Source: an uncultured Gammaproteobacteria bacterium (GTDB taxonomy: Bacteria > Patescibacteriota > Microgenomatia > UBA10105 > UBA927). Taken from it: a stretch of 64,000 nucleotides of DNA. Position numbers and translations under genes: made by a program. Positions within the stretch are counted from its first letter, which is position 1; every line of letters begins with the position of its first letter. Positions 21,034-31,384 of this stretch are shown here, piece after piece. The stretch is taken from the NCBI GenBank assembly GCA_964629685.1, contig CAZVTT010000001.1:385319-449318 (forward strand), in the 5' to 3' direction. The notes beneath the pieces are model-generated. The model did not search any database and was not told the DNA's origin. It saw only the letters and a list, made by a program, of their open reading frames with translations.

Positions 21034-21471
21034 ATGCCAACGATAAATCAATTAGTCCGACGAGGTCGGGTAACAAAAAAGAAAAAGATTAAAGCAACCG
21101 CTTTGCGGAAGTTCTTTAATGCTAAAGATCGCATTACCTCTCAACTTAACGCACCATTTAAGCGGGGTGTTGTGACGCTGGTAAAAACCATGACCCCGAA
21201 AAAGCCAAATTCCGCATTGCGGAAAGTGGCTAGGGTTCGGTTATCCAATAAGCAGGAAGTGACTGCCTATATACCGGGAATTGGTCATGAACTGACTGAA
21301 CACGCAATTGTGCTTGTCCGGGGCGGTCGAGTTCCCGATTTACCAGGTGTGAAGTATCACATTGTCAGAGGTAAATACGATATGACAGGTGTAACGAATA
21401 GAAAACAAGGTAGAAGCCGATATGGTGCCAAAGCAGGTGCCACTGGTCCAAAAACAGCAGCTGCCAACTAA
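21034..21471 (+). CDS. rpsL: 30S ribosomal protein S12
   Basis: [32 protein letters not shown]. Confidence 0.99.
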   Translation: MPTINQLVRRGRVTKKKKIKATALRKFFNAKDRITSQLNAPFKRGVVTLVKTMTPKKPNSALRKVARVRLSNKQEVTAYIPGIGHELTEHAIVLVRGGRVPDLPGVKYHIVRGKYDMTGVTNRKQGRSRYGAKAGATGPKTAAAN

Positions 21472-21487
21472 TTAGAAGAGGAGAGAT

Positions 21488-21964
21488 ATGCCAAGAGCAG
21501 GAAGAATTTCAAAAAAATTACTTATTCCGGATCCCATTTACGGGAATCGTTTGTTGGCCCGGTTAATTAACCGTGTTATGCGTGATGGGAAAAAAACAGT
21601 AGCTCAGGGACAAGTATACAAAGCTCTGGATTTAATTAAGGAAAAGAACGAGGATCCAATTAAAATTTTTGAGACCGCAATTGCTACTGTAGGACCAAAA
21701 GTGGAAGTTAAAGCCCGTCGGGTGGGGGGAGCCTCATATCAAGTTCCCATGGAAGTCCGTGGTGATCGGCGTGTGGCATTGGCAATCCGCTGGATTGTGG
21801 GATTTTCTCAGAAAAAACCAAACAAAGAATTTCATACGTATGCGGAAAAATTAGCAGCTGAGCTGCTTGATGCTGCCAAGGGACAAGGCGAGGCAGTTAA
21901 AAAACGTGATACGGTCCACCGTATGGCTGAAGCCAATCGTGCCTTCGCCCACTTTAAGTGGTAA
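21488..21964 (+). CDS. rpsG: 30S ribosomal protein S7
   Basis: PDPIYG, RRVGGASYQVP, HRMAEANRAFAHF. Confidence 0.99.
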   Translation: MPRAGRISKKLLIPDPIYGNRLLARLINRVMRDGKKTVAQGQVYKALDLIKEKNEDPIKIFETAIATVGPKVEVKARRVGGASYQVPMEVRGDRRVALAIRWIVGFSQKKPNKEFHTYAEKLAAELLDAAKGQGEAVKKRDTVHRMAEANRAFAHFKW

Positions 21965-22009
21965 TCGGTGTATTTGAGTCTATCTTCATTCTGATTATAC
22001 GCAGGTGAT

Positions 22010-22609
22010 ATGAATAACGCGATTCTGCAGCACTTCAAAACCGCAGATCCTATTCTCTACGCTGCAATAGTAAATCCTGAACATATTACTGTGACTGCTT
22101 CCGAAACGTTATTTTCTGATTTGTGTGAAAGTATTGTCCGTCAACAATTGTCAGATAAGGCAGCAACCACTATTTGGAACAGATTTATCTCTTTGTTTCC
22201 ATACCAACAGGTTACACCGGAAATATTGGACACATTTACCGCTGATTCGCTTCGTGCCATTGGGACATCTTGGTCGAAAGCAGCGTATGTAAAGAATATT
22301 GCTGCAGCGGTCCTTCGTCAGGGACTTGATTTGGAACAATTACGTGTAAAACCGGATCAAGACGTAATTGCTGCTCTTACGGCTATTAAAGGTATAGGGA
22401 AATGGACGAGCGAAATGTTTTTAATGTTTTCATTAGGCAGGGAGGATATTTTTTCATTTGGTGATGTTGGTTTACAGCGGGCAATACAGCGTATGTACAA
22501 GCTAAAAACTACTCCCACATCTCGTCAAATGCTGCACTTAAGCAGTAGATGGCAACCATATCGGACATATGCCTGTCGGGTTTTGTGGCGAAGCTTAGAC
22601 GGGGAGTAG
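22010..22609 (+). CDS. DNA-3-methyladenine glycosylase (AlkA/HhH-GPD family)
   Basis: SIVRQQLS, LTAIKGIGKWTSEMFLMF, DVGLQ, WQPYRTYA. Confidence 0.9.
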   Translation: MNNAILQHFKTADPILYAAIVNPEHITVTASETLFSDLCESIVRQQLSDKAATTIWNRFISLFPYQQVTPEILDTFTADSLRAIGTSWSKAAYVKNIAAAVLRQGLDLEQLRVKPDQDVIAALTAIKGIGKWTSEMFLMFSLGREDIFSFGDVGLQRAIQRMYKLKTTPTSRQMLHLSSRWQPYRTYACRVLWRSLDGE

Positions 22610-22655
22610 TCCGGTTGTTCTGCTAAGTTCCCTGTGGCATACTAGCTAGAGACGT

Positions 22656-23174
22656 ATGAAAATAATAGCTGCTGCTTTAGGCATTATTGTCTTTAGTATA
22701 GGTATCCTTATCGGTGTGTACGGTTTTAGAACGGGTAGGTTTACAGTCGTTAACCCTCCAACGAGCACCGGCACACCTACACCATCGCCATTCGCGCAAC
22801 TTACCGGTACACCCGGAAAAGCGCCAACTGCTTGTTCTGCATTCGCCGACGGAGAGTTCGCGAGCGAATTTAAATTAAACGAAGCGGGTAAACTTCCCGA
22901 ATTGTTTCCTACACCACCCGGTGAATCATGGCTCTGCGGATATGTTCCTTCGCGACAATCGGTATATTATATATCGAGCTTAGAAGACAAGATTTTACTG
23001 GATTATTACCGTACAAAACTGGAACAAAAAAAATGCAGTTCAACAGGAGTGCAGCCAGCTCCACCCGACAGATCCTATGCATATGCACTTCCGTTTACCT
23101 GTGAACAGGGCTCCGGTGTGATTGCGACTTTGGCTACAATGTCGGCATACATCGTAAATTACTACGATCGTTAA
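22656..23174 (+). CDS. hypothetical membrane-anchored protein
   Basis: N-terminal TM, Pro/Thr linker, four-Cys extracellular domain. Confidence 0.65.
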   Translation: MKIIAAALGIIVFSIGILIGVYGFRTGRFTVVNPPTSTGTPTPSPFAQLTGTPGKAPTACSAFADGEFASEFKLNEAGKLPELFPTPPGESWLCGYVPSRQSVYYISSLEDKILLDYYRTKLEQKKCSSTGVQPAPPDRSYAYALPFTCEQGSGVIATLATMSAYIVNYYDR

Positions 23175-24112
23175 CGTATAAATGTAACCTGTATGCGGAT
23201 CACAGGGGAATCTTTAGCTCCTAATTCGTATTTGTACCGTTCCTTACCCTGCAGGAAATTGTAAGTAGTACAGGATGTCTCTATAGCGTGCTTTACGCTT
23301 AATGCCTTTATATAAAATCCAGCTCCTGAATAGACGGTTTCATTAAACCCTGAGTTGTAAAGGAAAAGTGTTTTATTTTCCAAAAAATACAATACCGCGG
23401 CAACTATATCCGTTCCGGATGACAGGCAGAGAATTCTAGTAGAATTTTTCATATACTGCGGAATTCTCCGAAAAAAACGCTCCATGTTATCGGTAAGAAA
23501 GTGTTGTTTACCCGGGTCGTTTTTCATGAGCGATAAAAGTAGAGTAATATCGCGGTTCGGATTTTCGCTTAGTGAAAAATTAACTTCGGGATGTTCGCGC
23601 TCAAATTTTCTTAATTTTCTGCGCAGTTCGTGACGATCTTTGCGTTCGAGACTGTTTACATATGACTCCCAATCTGTAGGTAGCTGCATCCACGGGGTGG
23701 AATCTTCTTCAACAATATGTACCGTTAGTCCTTTACCTGCAGGTAATTGCCGGAAGAATGAGGTCGTTGCTGATGTTGCAGGGACATTATTTAATACCAG
23801 AGATTGTATATGCTTATTCTGAGCGTACTCTATTATGGCCTGCCATCCTTCGATTTTATGTTCAGTTGAACCAATTGCATCCATATAGTCGGTTACGTTT
23901 TCATCACCTCCGAAGGTTAGATACGAACCTTTTTGCATGAGCGGGAAGAGTGCATCTTTATATCGCAAAGGAGTAAACGTGAAGTCTTGAGCAAGACAGG
24001 TAGACCAGGTGGTATACCAGTCATAGCTTGAAAATGGAGTTACGAATGGTTCATGTCGGATAGCAATAGCCCATACGTGCTCCAGTTCAGTCGGTGCTAC
24101 GTGAGTCAGCAT
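23171..24112 (-). CDS. GNAT-family acetyltransferase (CelD/BcsL-like)
   Basis: TDYMD, WESYVNSLERKDRHELRRKLRK, YNSGFN, YNFLQGKERYKYELGA. Confidence 0.85.
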   Translation of the reverse strand: MLTHVAPTELEHVWAIAIRHEPFVTPFSSYDWYTTWSTCLAQDFTFTPLRYKDALFPLMQKGSYLTFGGDENVTDYMDAIGSTEHKIEGWQAIIEYAQNKHIQSLVLNNVPATSATTSFFRQLPAGKGLTVHIVEEDSTPWMQLPTDWESYVNSLERKDRHELRRKLRKFEREHPEVNFSLSENPNRDITLLLSLMKNDPGKQHFLTDNMERFFRRIPQYMKNSTRILCLSSGTDIVAAVLYFLENKTLFLYNSGFNETVYSGAGFYIKALSVKHAIETSCTTYNFLQGKERYKYELGAKDSPVIRIQVTFIR

Positions 24113-24129
24113 GTGTAATGGAATTGGAT

Positions 24130-24591
24130 TTAACCCGTTAAAGCTTTCGCCAGGTTTTCAGCCCAGGTCTTGGTTGATTGGGTGTGTATATCCTGTTTGT
24201 AATAAAATCCGTCAATTTTTAATGAGTCAATGATTTTTTTGCCTTTGAGTTTTGCTACTAAAGCTTCAAGATGTTCTACAGCCCCACAAAAATGTGTGTA
24301 TGAGGAATCACCGAGTCCAAATACGGCAAAGGGTTTGTTCTCGAATGTTTTATCCGCTAGTTTTTCCATAAATGGAAAATAGTCTTCGTGAGGTTGTCCC
24401 TCTTTTCCATCAAAATCCCAACTTGGTGAACCAAGCACAATTGCATCGAAGTTCCCCAGATCATCAGGAGAAGTTTCGTGCACCATCTTTCTGGTAACGG
24501 TTTGTCCGTTCTGAGTGAGCGTATCTGCTATTAATTGGCTAACGATATCCGTTGCCCCTGAGTTGGTGGCGAACAAAATTAGTGTATTCAT
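24130..24591 (-). CDS. flavodoxin
   Basis: ILFATNSGAT, LGSPSWD, AVFGLGDSSYTHFCGA; start set at ATG 24591, 9 nt after TATAAT. Confidence 0.92.
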   Translation of the reverse strand: MNTLILFATNSGATDIVSQLIADTLTQNGQTVTRKMVHETSPDDLGNFDAIVLGSPSWDFDGKEGQPHEDYFPFMEKLADKTFENKPFAVFGLGDSSYTHFCGAVEHLEALVAKLKGKKIIDSLKIDGFYYKQDIHTQSTKTWAENLAKALTG

Positions 24592-24712
24592 AGTATGGCT
24601 ATTATAGCGCATGAAGAAACCAGCATACCAGTCTTTACAGACTGCGTGTATAGAGTTATCTGATGATTTGATATACTGGATTATAGTCGACGTATTGATA
24701 AAGGAGGAAATT

Positions 24713-24973
24713 ATGAAAAAGAAACCTGCCCGGTCATTACAAGGAGCAAAAACTTCCAAGTCTTTGCTGGGGGTTAACCGTGATGAACTTAATTCGTTTA
24801 TTGTTCACGGTATCCTATATATTTTAATAAACGTTTCGCTATTCATCTATTTTTATAGTAACAGTCAGGATTTGAGTTTATTATTCTGGATAATTATTGG
24901 TTGGGGTGTCGGTTTGGTCGCACACGCGCTTGCCGTATTTGGAGTGATGAAATTCCTAAATAAGGAATGGTAA
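24713..24973 (+). CDS. 2TM-domain small membrane protein
   Basis: FIVHGILYILIN...FWIIIGWGVGLVAHALAVFG; AAGGAGG SD before ATG 24713. Confidence 0.8.
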   Translation: MKKKPARSLQGAKTSKSLLGVNRDELNSFIVHGILYILINVSLFIYFYSNSQDLSLLFWIIIGWGVGLVAHALAVFGVMKFLNKEW

Positions 24974-25103
24974 AGTTAGTATTCATCACAACATAAAATA
25001 GTATCTCCGTGAGTTGCCGTAACCTATTGGTTTCGGAACCAGTGCTGTACCCGTACGTTTCTACTTCATTCGCTATTTGGAGAACATGATAGAATAATCC
25101 GGT

Positions 25104-26264
25104 ATGTCTAACACAATTCATTGTCCAAAATGCGGTGAAATTATCGAAGTAACCCAAGCACTGGCCTCTCAGGTTGAAAAAACTGTGCTAGAGCAACATC
25201 AACATGAACTTGAGCAGGTACGAAAAGAGACTATTCTAACGACGAAAAAAGATATTGAAGAAAAGAATAAATTGGAGTTTGCTGATCTTCAGAAGCAATT
25301 GGCCGAAAGGCAAAAAAAAGTAGATGAACTCCGTGAACAGGAATTACAGATGCGGGAAGAAAAACGTAAGCTGGAAGATGCCAAAAAAGAGTTAGAAATA
25401 TCCGTCGCGCGTCGATTGGATGAAGAAAAAAAAAGAATTGAAGATGAAACCTCCCGCCGAATGGCGGAGGAACATCGACTTAAAGATCTGGATAAAGATA
25501 GAATTATTCAAAATTTGAAACAGTCAGTAGAAGAAGCAAATCGGAAAGCTCAGCTCGGGTCTCAGCAATCTCAAGGAGAAGTGATGGAGCTGGATTTGGA
25601 AAAACAACTCAGAGAGTCGTTCTCTCAAGATAGCATTGAGCCTGTAGGTAAAGGAGTTAAGGGTGCGGATATTCAGCAAGTTGTCCGTAGTCCCCGGGGC
25701 GTTGTTTGTGGCGTAATTCTATGGGAGTCAAAACGAACAAAGGCATGGACGGACGAATGGCTTATTAAATTGAAAGATGACTTACGTGCGACAAAGGCAC
25801 ATATTCCCGTCATAGTTACATCAGTGTTACCGAAGGAGTTTACCAGTGACATAGGATTAAAAGACGGAGTTTGGATTACTACTTTTCCTTTGGCTTTGTC
25901 ACTGGGAATGTTGTTACGGAAAAATTTACTTGATGTAGCATATCAGAAAGCGGTGCTTGCTCATCAAGGAGAGAAAGCGGATATCCTCTATGGTTATGTC
26001 ACGGGTCATGAATTTAGACAGCAAGTAGAGGCTTTAGTAGAGGTATATAAGGATATGCATGAACAAATCGCCAGGGAACGGGTAGCATTTGAGAAAAGCT
26101 GGAAAGTCCGCGAGGCTCAAATACAAAGATTGTTCTCCAGTACAGCCAGGATATACGGCAGTATGCAGGGTGTTATTGGTTCATCATTGCCTCAAGTGCG
26201 GGGGTTAGAATTAGAGGCAGAAGATGCAGAACCGGATCAACCCACCTTACGGTTGACAGAGTAA
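25104..26264 (+). CDS. DUF2130 family protein
   Basis: CPKCG, long coiled coil, GSQQSQGEVMEL, GADIQQ, ILWESKRTKAW. Confidence 0.88.
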   Translation: MSNTIHCPKCGEIIEVTQALASQVEKTVLEQHQHELEQVRKETILTTKKDIEEKNKLEFADLQKQLAERQKKVDELREQELQMREEKRKLEDAKKELEISVARRLDEEKKRIEDETSRRMAEEHRLKDLDKDRIIQNLKQSVEEANRKAQLGSQQSQGEVMELDLEKQLRESFSQDSIEPVGKGVKGADIQQVVRSPRGVVCGVILWESKRTKAWTDEWLIKLKDDLRATKAHIPVIVTSVLPKEFTSDIGLKDGVWITTFPLALSLGMLLRKNLLDVAYQKAVLAHQGEKADILYGYVTGHEFRQQVEALVEVYKDMHEQIARERVAFEKSWKVREAQIQRLFSSTARIYGSMQGVIGSSLPQVRGLELEAEDAEPDQPTLRLTE

Positions 26265-26268
26265 CATT

Positions 26269-27114
26269 ATGCGTAGAGTTGGTGCTCATGTTTCCACTGC
26301 AGGAGGATTGGATGTTGCACTGATTCGTGCTCAGGAAATAGGCGCCAACTGTTTACAGATTTTTTCCAGTCCACCCCAGCAATGGCAAATGTCAAAACAT
26401 ACTCCGGACATGTTATACCAATTTGGTGAAAAATCCCGAATCAATAACCTATTGCCGGTATTTATTCACGGAACTTATCTCATTAATTTAGCCTCAGATA
26501 ACACTGATTTGGTGGAAAAATCGGTACAATCACTCATAGCCGATCTTCATTTCTGTAGGGATATTGGCGGCGGGGGAGTTATTTTTCATTTAGGTACTCA
26601 TCCGCTAGGATGGAGCGGAAAGAAACGTGTTGATATAGTGCATGCATTTAAACGCATATTCGCAGCTACTCCTCAGGGTACTATACTTGCAGTAGAAAAC
26701 AGTGCAGGTTCAGGTTCATCAGTGGCAGGAAAGTTAGAAGTGCTTTCCGAGATACAGTCTGATATTGCTGAGTCAAGATTGCGTTTCTGTATAGATACGG
26801 CACATGCGTTTGCATATGGATATGATTTATCTTCAGCAAACGGTAGTGATGCCTTTATTTCACAGGTGGAAGCTACTATTGGTTGGTCTTCGGTTATTGC
26901 AATACATCTGAATGATTCAAAAGTACCGTGCGGAAGCAAAAAGGATCGACATGAAAACATTGGTGAGGGGGCAATTGGGGAAATTGGTTTTACGCATGTA
27001 TTAAACAATCAACTTCTCAGTGAAGTGCCACTTATTTTGGAAACTCCAGGATTTGATAATACTGGACCTGATCGGAAAAACATTGATCGGGTTATGAATT
27101 TAATCAGCCGTTAA
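26269..27114 (+). CDS. nfo: endonuclease IV (AP endonuclease)
   Basis: GAHVSTAGG, HGTYLINLAS, CIDTAH, HLNDSK, DRHENIGEG, ILETP. Confidence 0.95.
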   Translation: MRRVGAHVSTAGGLDVALIRAQEIGANCLQIFSSPPQQWQMSKHTPDMLYQFGEKSRINNLLPVFIHGTYLINLASDNTDLVEKSVQSLIADLHFCRDIGGGGVIFHLGTHPLGWSGKKRVDIVHAFKRIFAATPQGTILAVENSAGSGSSVAGKLEVLSEIQSDIAESRLRFCIDTAHAFAYGYDLSSANGSDAFISQVEATIGWSSVIAIHLNDSKVPCGSKKDRHENIGEGAIGEIGFTHVLNNQLLSEVPLILETPGFDNTGPDRKNIDRVMNLISR

Positions 27115-27162
27115 TATAGTAAATAGGTTTCCAGAACGGGCAGAATGACATATAATATCCGT

Positions 27163-27846
27163 ATGGAGTTCTCAACCTATACTGGTAAGAGTGTCAGTCT
27201 GCAATTTTTTCCTGAATTTCCTAGAAATCCATCTCTCCTCTTTATTGCAGGTTTTCATGGGGATGAAACTGAGTGTATTTCAGCAATCAGCGACTGTCTG
27301 GAACGCTATTTCACCGTTTTGCCGCCGTTTCTTTATGTTCCGTATGCGTGCCCTTCCGCAGTGCAGCTTAAGCGTCGGGTTAATCAGCACGGACGCGATA
27401 TCAATCGGTCTTATTATCACGAAACTGAGGATGAGGAGGCAAGCGCATTAATGCAGTTTCTGCAACCATATGCGTTTAGAACCGTCTATTCATTTCATGA
27501 AGATCCTGATCAGCAGGCATTTTATCTCTATGATATGGCGATAGAGCCGGAGAGAGAATCGTTTAAATCTTTATTTTCAGCTATAAGAACTGCTGGTACA
27601 CCTATATTTACCGGTATAGACGATCCGGATGATATGTCACTAAATGTACCTATAGAGCATGGCTACATTGGTTTTAAAGAGAATACCGGAATGAAAATTG
27701 AACACGGATTTTTTAATGAATTTACGTTTAATACCGGTAAATCAGAGAGACACATAACTTTTGAAATACCCGGGAATATCAGTCAGGCACAAAAAGAAGT
27801 TATTGTGCAGCAAATCTTTAATTCGTATATACTCCCCAATAAGTAA
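27163..27846 (+). CDS. M14-type zinc carboxypeptidase/deacylase (MpaA/AstE-like)
   Basis: AGFHGDE, DINRSY, SFHED, TFEIP; ATG 27163 lies 6 nt after TATAAT. Confidence 0.72.
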   Translation: MEFSTYTGKSVSLQFFPEFPRNPSLLFIAGFHGDETECISAISDCLERYFTVLPPFLYVPYACPSAVQLKRRVNQHGRDINRSYYHETEDEEASALMQFLQPYAFRTVYSFHEDPDQQAFYLYDMAIEPERESFKSLFSAIRTAGTPIFTGIDDPDDMSLNVPIEHGYIGFKENTGMKIEHGFFNEFTFNTGKSERHITFEIPGNISQAQKEVIVQQIFNSYILPNK

Positions 27847-27872
27847 GCGTATATATTTTTAGGTATATCGGT

Positions 27873-28406
27873 ATGATACGTTCGTTTTTGGCGATTCCCC
27901 TGCCAGCGGAAAGTCTTTCTCAGGTGATTCTGTTACAACAGATACTGCAGCGGCAGCATGACATGCATGTAAAGCCGGCTGACAATTTGCATTGCACGCT
28001 GGTGTTTTTGGGAGAGATACAGGATCAGTCTGTTGAAGCGGTAAAATTGGCAGCGCTACAGACTATTGTTCATACTAAGCGCTTTACACTTCATTTTAGC
28101 CGATTGGAAGGTAGTAAACACGCAAAAAAAACTGTGATTTGGATTCGTGCAGCCCAGAGTGATTCTTTTGACTCGCTTGTGCAGCAATTAAGGGTGAATA
28201 TCGCTGCTGTTCTGCCGATGAAAGAGTGGGATCATCTTCAGATACCGCATATTACACTTGGGACTATTGCGCATTCAACAGCAATTATTCAAAGAGATGT
28301 TTCATTAATTGACATTCAGGTTGATACGGTTATTTTGTATAAATCCAGGTTATCTCAGCATGGAGCATTGTATTCGTCACTCCAATCGTTTCCATTAGCG
28401 GTATGA
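27873..28406 (+). CDS. thpR: RNA 2',3'-cyclic phosphodiesterase (2H family)
   Basis: RSFLAIPLP, LHCTLVFLGE, PHITLG, LYKSRL. Confidence 0.88.
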   Translation: MIRSFLAIPLPAESLSQVILLQQILQRQHDMHVKPADNLHCTLVFLGEIQDQSVEAVKLAALQTIVHTKRFTLHFSRLEGSKHAKKTVIWIRAAQSDSFDSLVQQLRVNIAAVLPMKEWDHLQIPHITLGTIAHSTAIIQRDVSLIDIQVDTVILYKSRLSQHGALYSSLQSFPLAV

Positions 28407-29497
28407 AAAAACTATTTATTTTAGGAATGATAATATCTGCGGGTATAGTAAGTTTAATTATGGTGTCTCCGGTATCATTTCGTCAGGAAGTTACGGACGC
28501 GGATATACTTATTGAAGCGCCGGAATTAAAAACAACACAGACGGTAAGTAAAAAAGATGTGGTGTCTTTACAACTGTCCGGTATTTTTGACGGTAAAACT
28601 GATGTGATCAATACGGAAGATGTTGTTTATCTGCGGGCTACGGGAGATATAATGCCGGCGCGGTCCGTAAACACTCAGACAAAAAAAAAGGGTGACTATA
28701 CATGGGCATTTCAGCCAACTGCAGAGTATTTAAGATCAGCCGATATAACACTCATTAATTTGGAAACCCCTTTGCTTGAACCTTGTCCGCTAACGGATGA
28801 GGGTATGATATTCTGCGGTGCTCTCCAACATACTGAAGGGTTGAATTTCGCTGGTATAGACGTAGTGAATATTGCGAATAATCATACCGAAAATTTTGGG
28901 TCCGGCGGAGTTGAACAAACAATAACTGCATTACAACAACATAATTTGGGTATATCCGGTATCGGTAAACCATATATTCTCACAGTAAATGGCGTACGGT
29001 TTGGTTTTCTGGGATACAATGATATTGTTACAGGTCAAAATCTGGTATCAGTTTATGATGAAGATCAGGTTCGGCAGGATTTATCTGCTCTTCGTACCCG
29101 TGTAGATGTTATAGTCGTTTCCTACCATTGGGGAGTGGAATATACACATCAACCATCTTCGCGGCAAAGAAAGATCGCGCATAAGACTATTGACGATGGA
29201 GCAGACGTAGTGATCGGGAATCATCCGCATTGGATACAACCGGTGGAAGTGTATAAAAATCGGGTTATTATGTACTCTCACGGGAATTTTATTTTTGATC
29301 AGATGTGGTCTGAAGAAACCCGTATCGGCGTAGTAGGAACGTACGTTTTCTCCGGAAAGGAGTTAGTAGATGTGACATTCGATCCCATAAAAATTTTTGA
29401 ATATGGACAGCCGCGGTTATTGGAGTCTTCTGAAAAAGATAATGTTTTGGAAGCACTACGGATTCAAAGTGAACGTTTTGCCGAATCTACCCTTTAA
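28403..29497 (+). CDS. CapA (poly-gamma-glutamate synthesis) family metallophosphoesterase-fold protein
   Basis: TGDIM, NLETP, IANNH, YHWGVEY, GNHPHW, YSHGNFIFDQ. Confidence 0.92.
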   Translation: MKKLFILGMIISAGIVSLIMVSPVSFRQEVTDADILIEAPELKTTQTVSKKDVVSLQLSGIFDGKTDVINTEDVVYLRATGDIMPARSVNTQTKKKGDYTWAFQPTAEYLRSADITLINLETPLLEPCPLTDEGMIFCGALQHTEGLNFAGIDVVNIANNHTENFGSGGVEQTITALQQHNLGISGIGKPYILTVNGVRFGFLGYNDIVTGQNLVSVYDEDQVRQDLSALRTRVDVIVVSYHWGVEYTHQPSSRQRKIAHKTIDDGADVVIGNHPHWIQPVEVYKNRVIMYSHGNFIFDQMWSEETRIGVVGTYVFSGKELVDVTFDPIKIFEYGQPRLLESSEKDNVLEALRIQSERFAESTL

Positions 29498-29501
29498 GCA
29501 G

Positions 29502-29526
29502 AGCTGAGGGATTTCCTCAGCTATTT
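29502..29526 (+). terminator. hairpin after CapA-family gene
   Basis: AGCTGAGG-gattt-CCTCAGCT immediately after the stop codon. Confidence 0.5.
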
Positions 29527-29553
29527 GCCGATCGCATCATCTATAATAGAAAT

Positions 29554-30522
29554 ATGGTAGTAAATTGGTTAGATGCTGTAATTGTAGTAGTAGTAATGTA
29601 TTTTTTGTATGAAGGATGGCGTCAGGGGTTTGTCTACTTAGGTACGAGTTTTTTTTCTTTTCTTTTATCGCTTTGGCTGGCAGTTAGTTTGCACATTCCG
29701 GTTTCAAAGTTTTTGACGGAAAAATTTGGAATTCCTCAAATTTGGACTACTGTGATAGCGTATGTCTGTGTAGCTTTCGTCGCACAGATGGTTTTATCAG
29801 AAGCATTGAGCCTTCTCGCTTCAAGAATATCCAAGAAAATAATAAAGCATCCCATAAATCAATGGCTTGGCGCTTTGGTATCGGTGGTTAATGGGTTAGT
29901 ATTATTGACATTTTTTCTCCTAGTACTTCTTGCCGTTCCTATCCGCGGAACCGTAAAGAACGATATTCAGGGATCAATACTGGCAAAAAATTTGATCCGG
30001 CTTACACAACAGTATGCACCACCGATTAATACTTCAGTTGAGGAAGCGGTAAGTCAGGCAAAAAAATTTTTGACGGTACCTCCGGAATCACGCGAAAACA
30101 TTGCTTTAGATGTGAGTCCCAGTCCTGAAAGTTTACGGGTAGATGAGGAATCAGAAAAAATGATGCGGGATTTAGTAAACCAGGAACGGGCGAAAATAGG
30201 TTTATCTCCGCTTTTTATAGATACAAAAATGGTAAATGTTGCGCGGGATTATAGCCGCGATATGTTTACCAGACGTTTTTTTTCCCATGTTAGTCCCGAC
30301 GGTGAAGACGCGTCGGACCGTTTAGCTCATGGTGGCGTTGTGTTTGTTCATGCCGGTGAAAATCTTGCGTATGCACCAGATGTAACGACTGCTCATGATG
30401 GTCTTATGAAAAGTGACGGGCATCGGGTAAACATACTAGATAGACGATATCGAAGAATCGGTATTGGTGTTATTGATGCAGGTGTATACGGAAAAATGTT
30501 TACTCAGCTTTATGCCGATTAA
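29554..30522 (+). CDS. CvpA (colicin V production) + CAP/SCP domain fusion protein
   Basis: N-terminal NWLD...GWRQGF multi-TM domain; C-terminal LVNQER, FFSHVSPDG, GENLA, SDGHRVNIL. Confidence 0.88.
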   Translation: MVVNWLDAVIVVVVMYFLYEGWRQGFVYLGTSFFSFLLSLWLAVSLHIPVSKFLTEKFGIPQIWTTVIAYVCVAFVAQMVLSEALSLLASRISKKIIKHPINQWLGALVSVVNGLVLLTFFLLVLLAVPIRGTVKNDIQGSILAKNLIRLTQQYAPPINTSVEEAVSQAKKFLTVPPESRENIALDVSPSPESLRVDEESEKMMRDLVNQERAKIGLSPLFIDTKMVNVARDYSRDMFTRRFFSHVSPDGEDASDRLAHGGVVFVHAGENLAYAPDVTTAHDGLMKSDGHRVNILDRRYRRIGIGVIDAGVYGKMFTQLYAD

Positions 30523-30525
30523 ATC

Positions 30526-31308
30526 CTACCTATAAGCATAGCAAAGCGGAATAGACGTTATATGTTTTAGTAACGGATCAGTAAAACCTGAAGTAATTTT
30601 TGTCGTAAATCCGTTTAATTTTAGTTTATGTACTATCTCGGATATTGGGCCTCCCAAAGTGTATTCAATAATGATGCAATGAATGCGTTGTAACAGTGTA
30701 TTCGGGAGAGATAGTAGTATTTCATACTCCGCTCCTTCACAATCGATTTTAACAAATTTTGCCTGCCGTATGTTGTAACGCGTAAATAAATCCGAAAGTG
30801 GCATACTCGGTACGCTTATCTGATGTAGAGCGTCACTCGTTCGTATCATGCTATTACCGCCGGTATTATTTTTATCTATATGAAGTATTCGTCCGTTTTT
30901 ATCGTTTGCTACGGCGACATTTGAAATAAATACCGGAGGGGATGTAATGTCATTGAGTAAGAGGTTCTGCTCGAGTAGGGCGTATGAATCAGGATAGGGT
31001 TCAATAGTCAGTATGTTTGTCTCGGGGAATCGTTTGGCTAAATGCACAGTTGTAGTTCCGATATGCCCCCCGATGTCAATTATCCAGTCTTGTTTATTTA
31101 TGTTAGGCAAAAAACGGTCGTAAAGTCGGATTATCATGTTTTCGGCAATGACCACCGAATCCATTGAATTTTTTCTGTATTTCATCCGGATGTTTCTACC
31201 TATCTGTACACATTCATGACCGTTTGCTGCCAAAGGTAAACCTGCTGAACGCAAAAACGAAAGCCCCATATCGGCGACAAAACTTAAAGGTTGAATGCTC
31301 TTTTTCAT
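30526..31308 (-). CDS. FkbM family methyltransferase
   Basis: IDIGGHIG, IEPYP, VKIDCEGAEYEIL; ATG 31308 lies 6 nt after TACAAT. Confidence 0.9.
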   Translation of the reverse strand: MKKSIQPLSFVADMGLSFLRSAGLPLAANGHECVQIGRNIRMKYRKNSMDSVVIAENMIIRLYDRFLPNINKQDWIIDIGGHIGTTTVHLAKRFPETNILTIEPYPDSYALLEQNLLLNDITSPPVFISNVAVANDKNGRILHIDKNNTGGNSMIRTSDALHQISVPSMPLSDLFTRYNIRQAKFVKIDCEGAEYEILLSLPNTLLQRIHCIIIEYTLGGPISEIVHKLKLNGFTTKITSGFTDPLLKHITSIPLCYAYR

Positions 31309-31384
31309 ACATGCATTGTATCCCATCCTGCCGCATTTACAGTAAAGACTAAAATGCAGTACACTGCGCATGAAGGCGGGAAAT

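Noticed and set aside
24592-24759. Apparent overlap of the flavodoxin and 2TM ORFs
   Set aside because: Better-supported starts at 24591 (minus) and 24713 (plus) leave a normal divergent promoter region.
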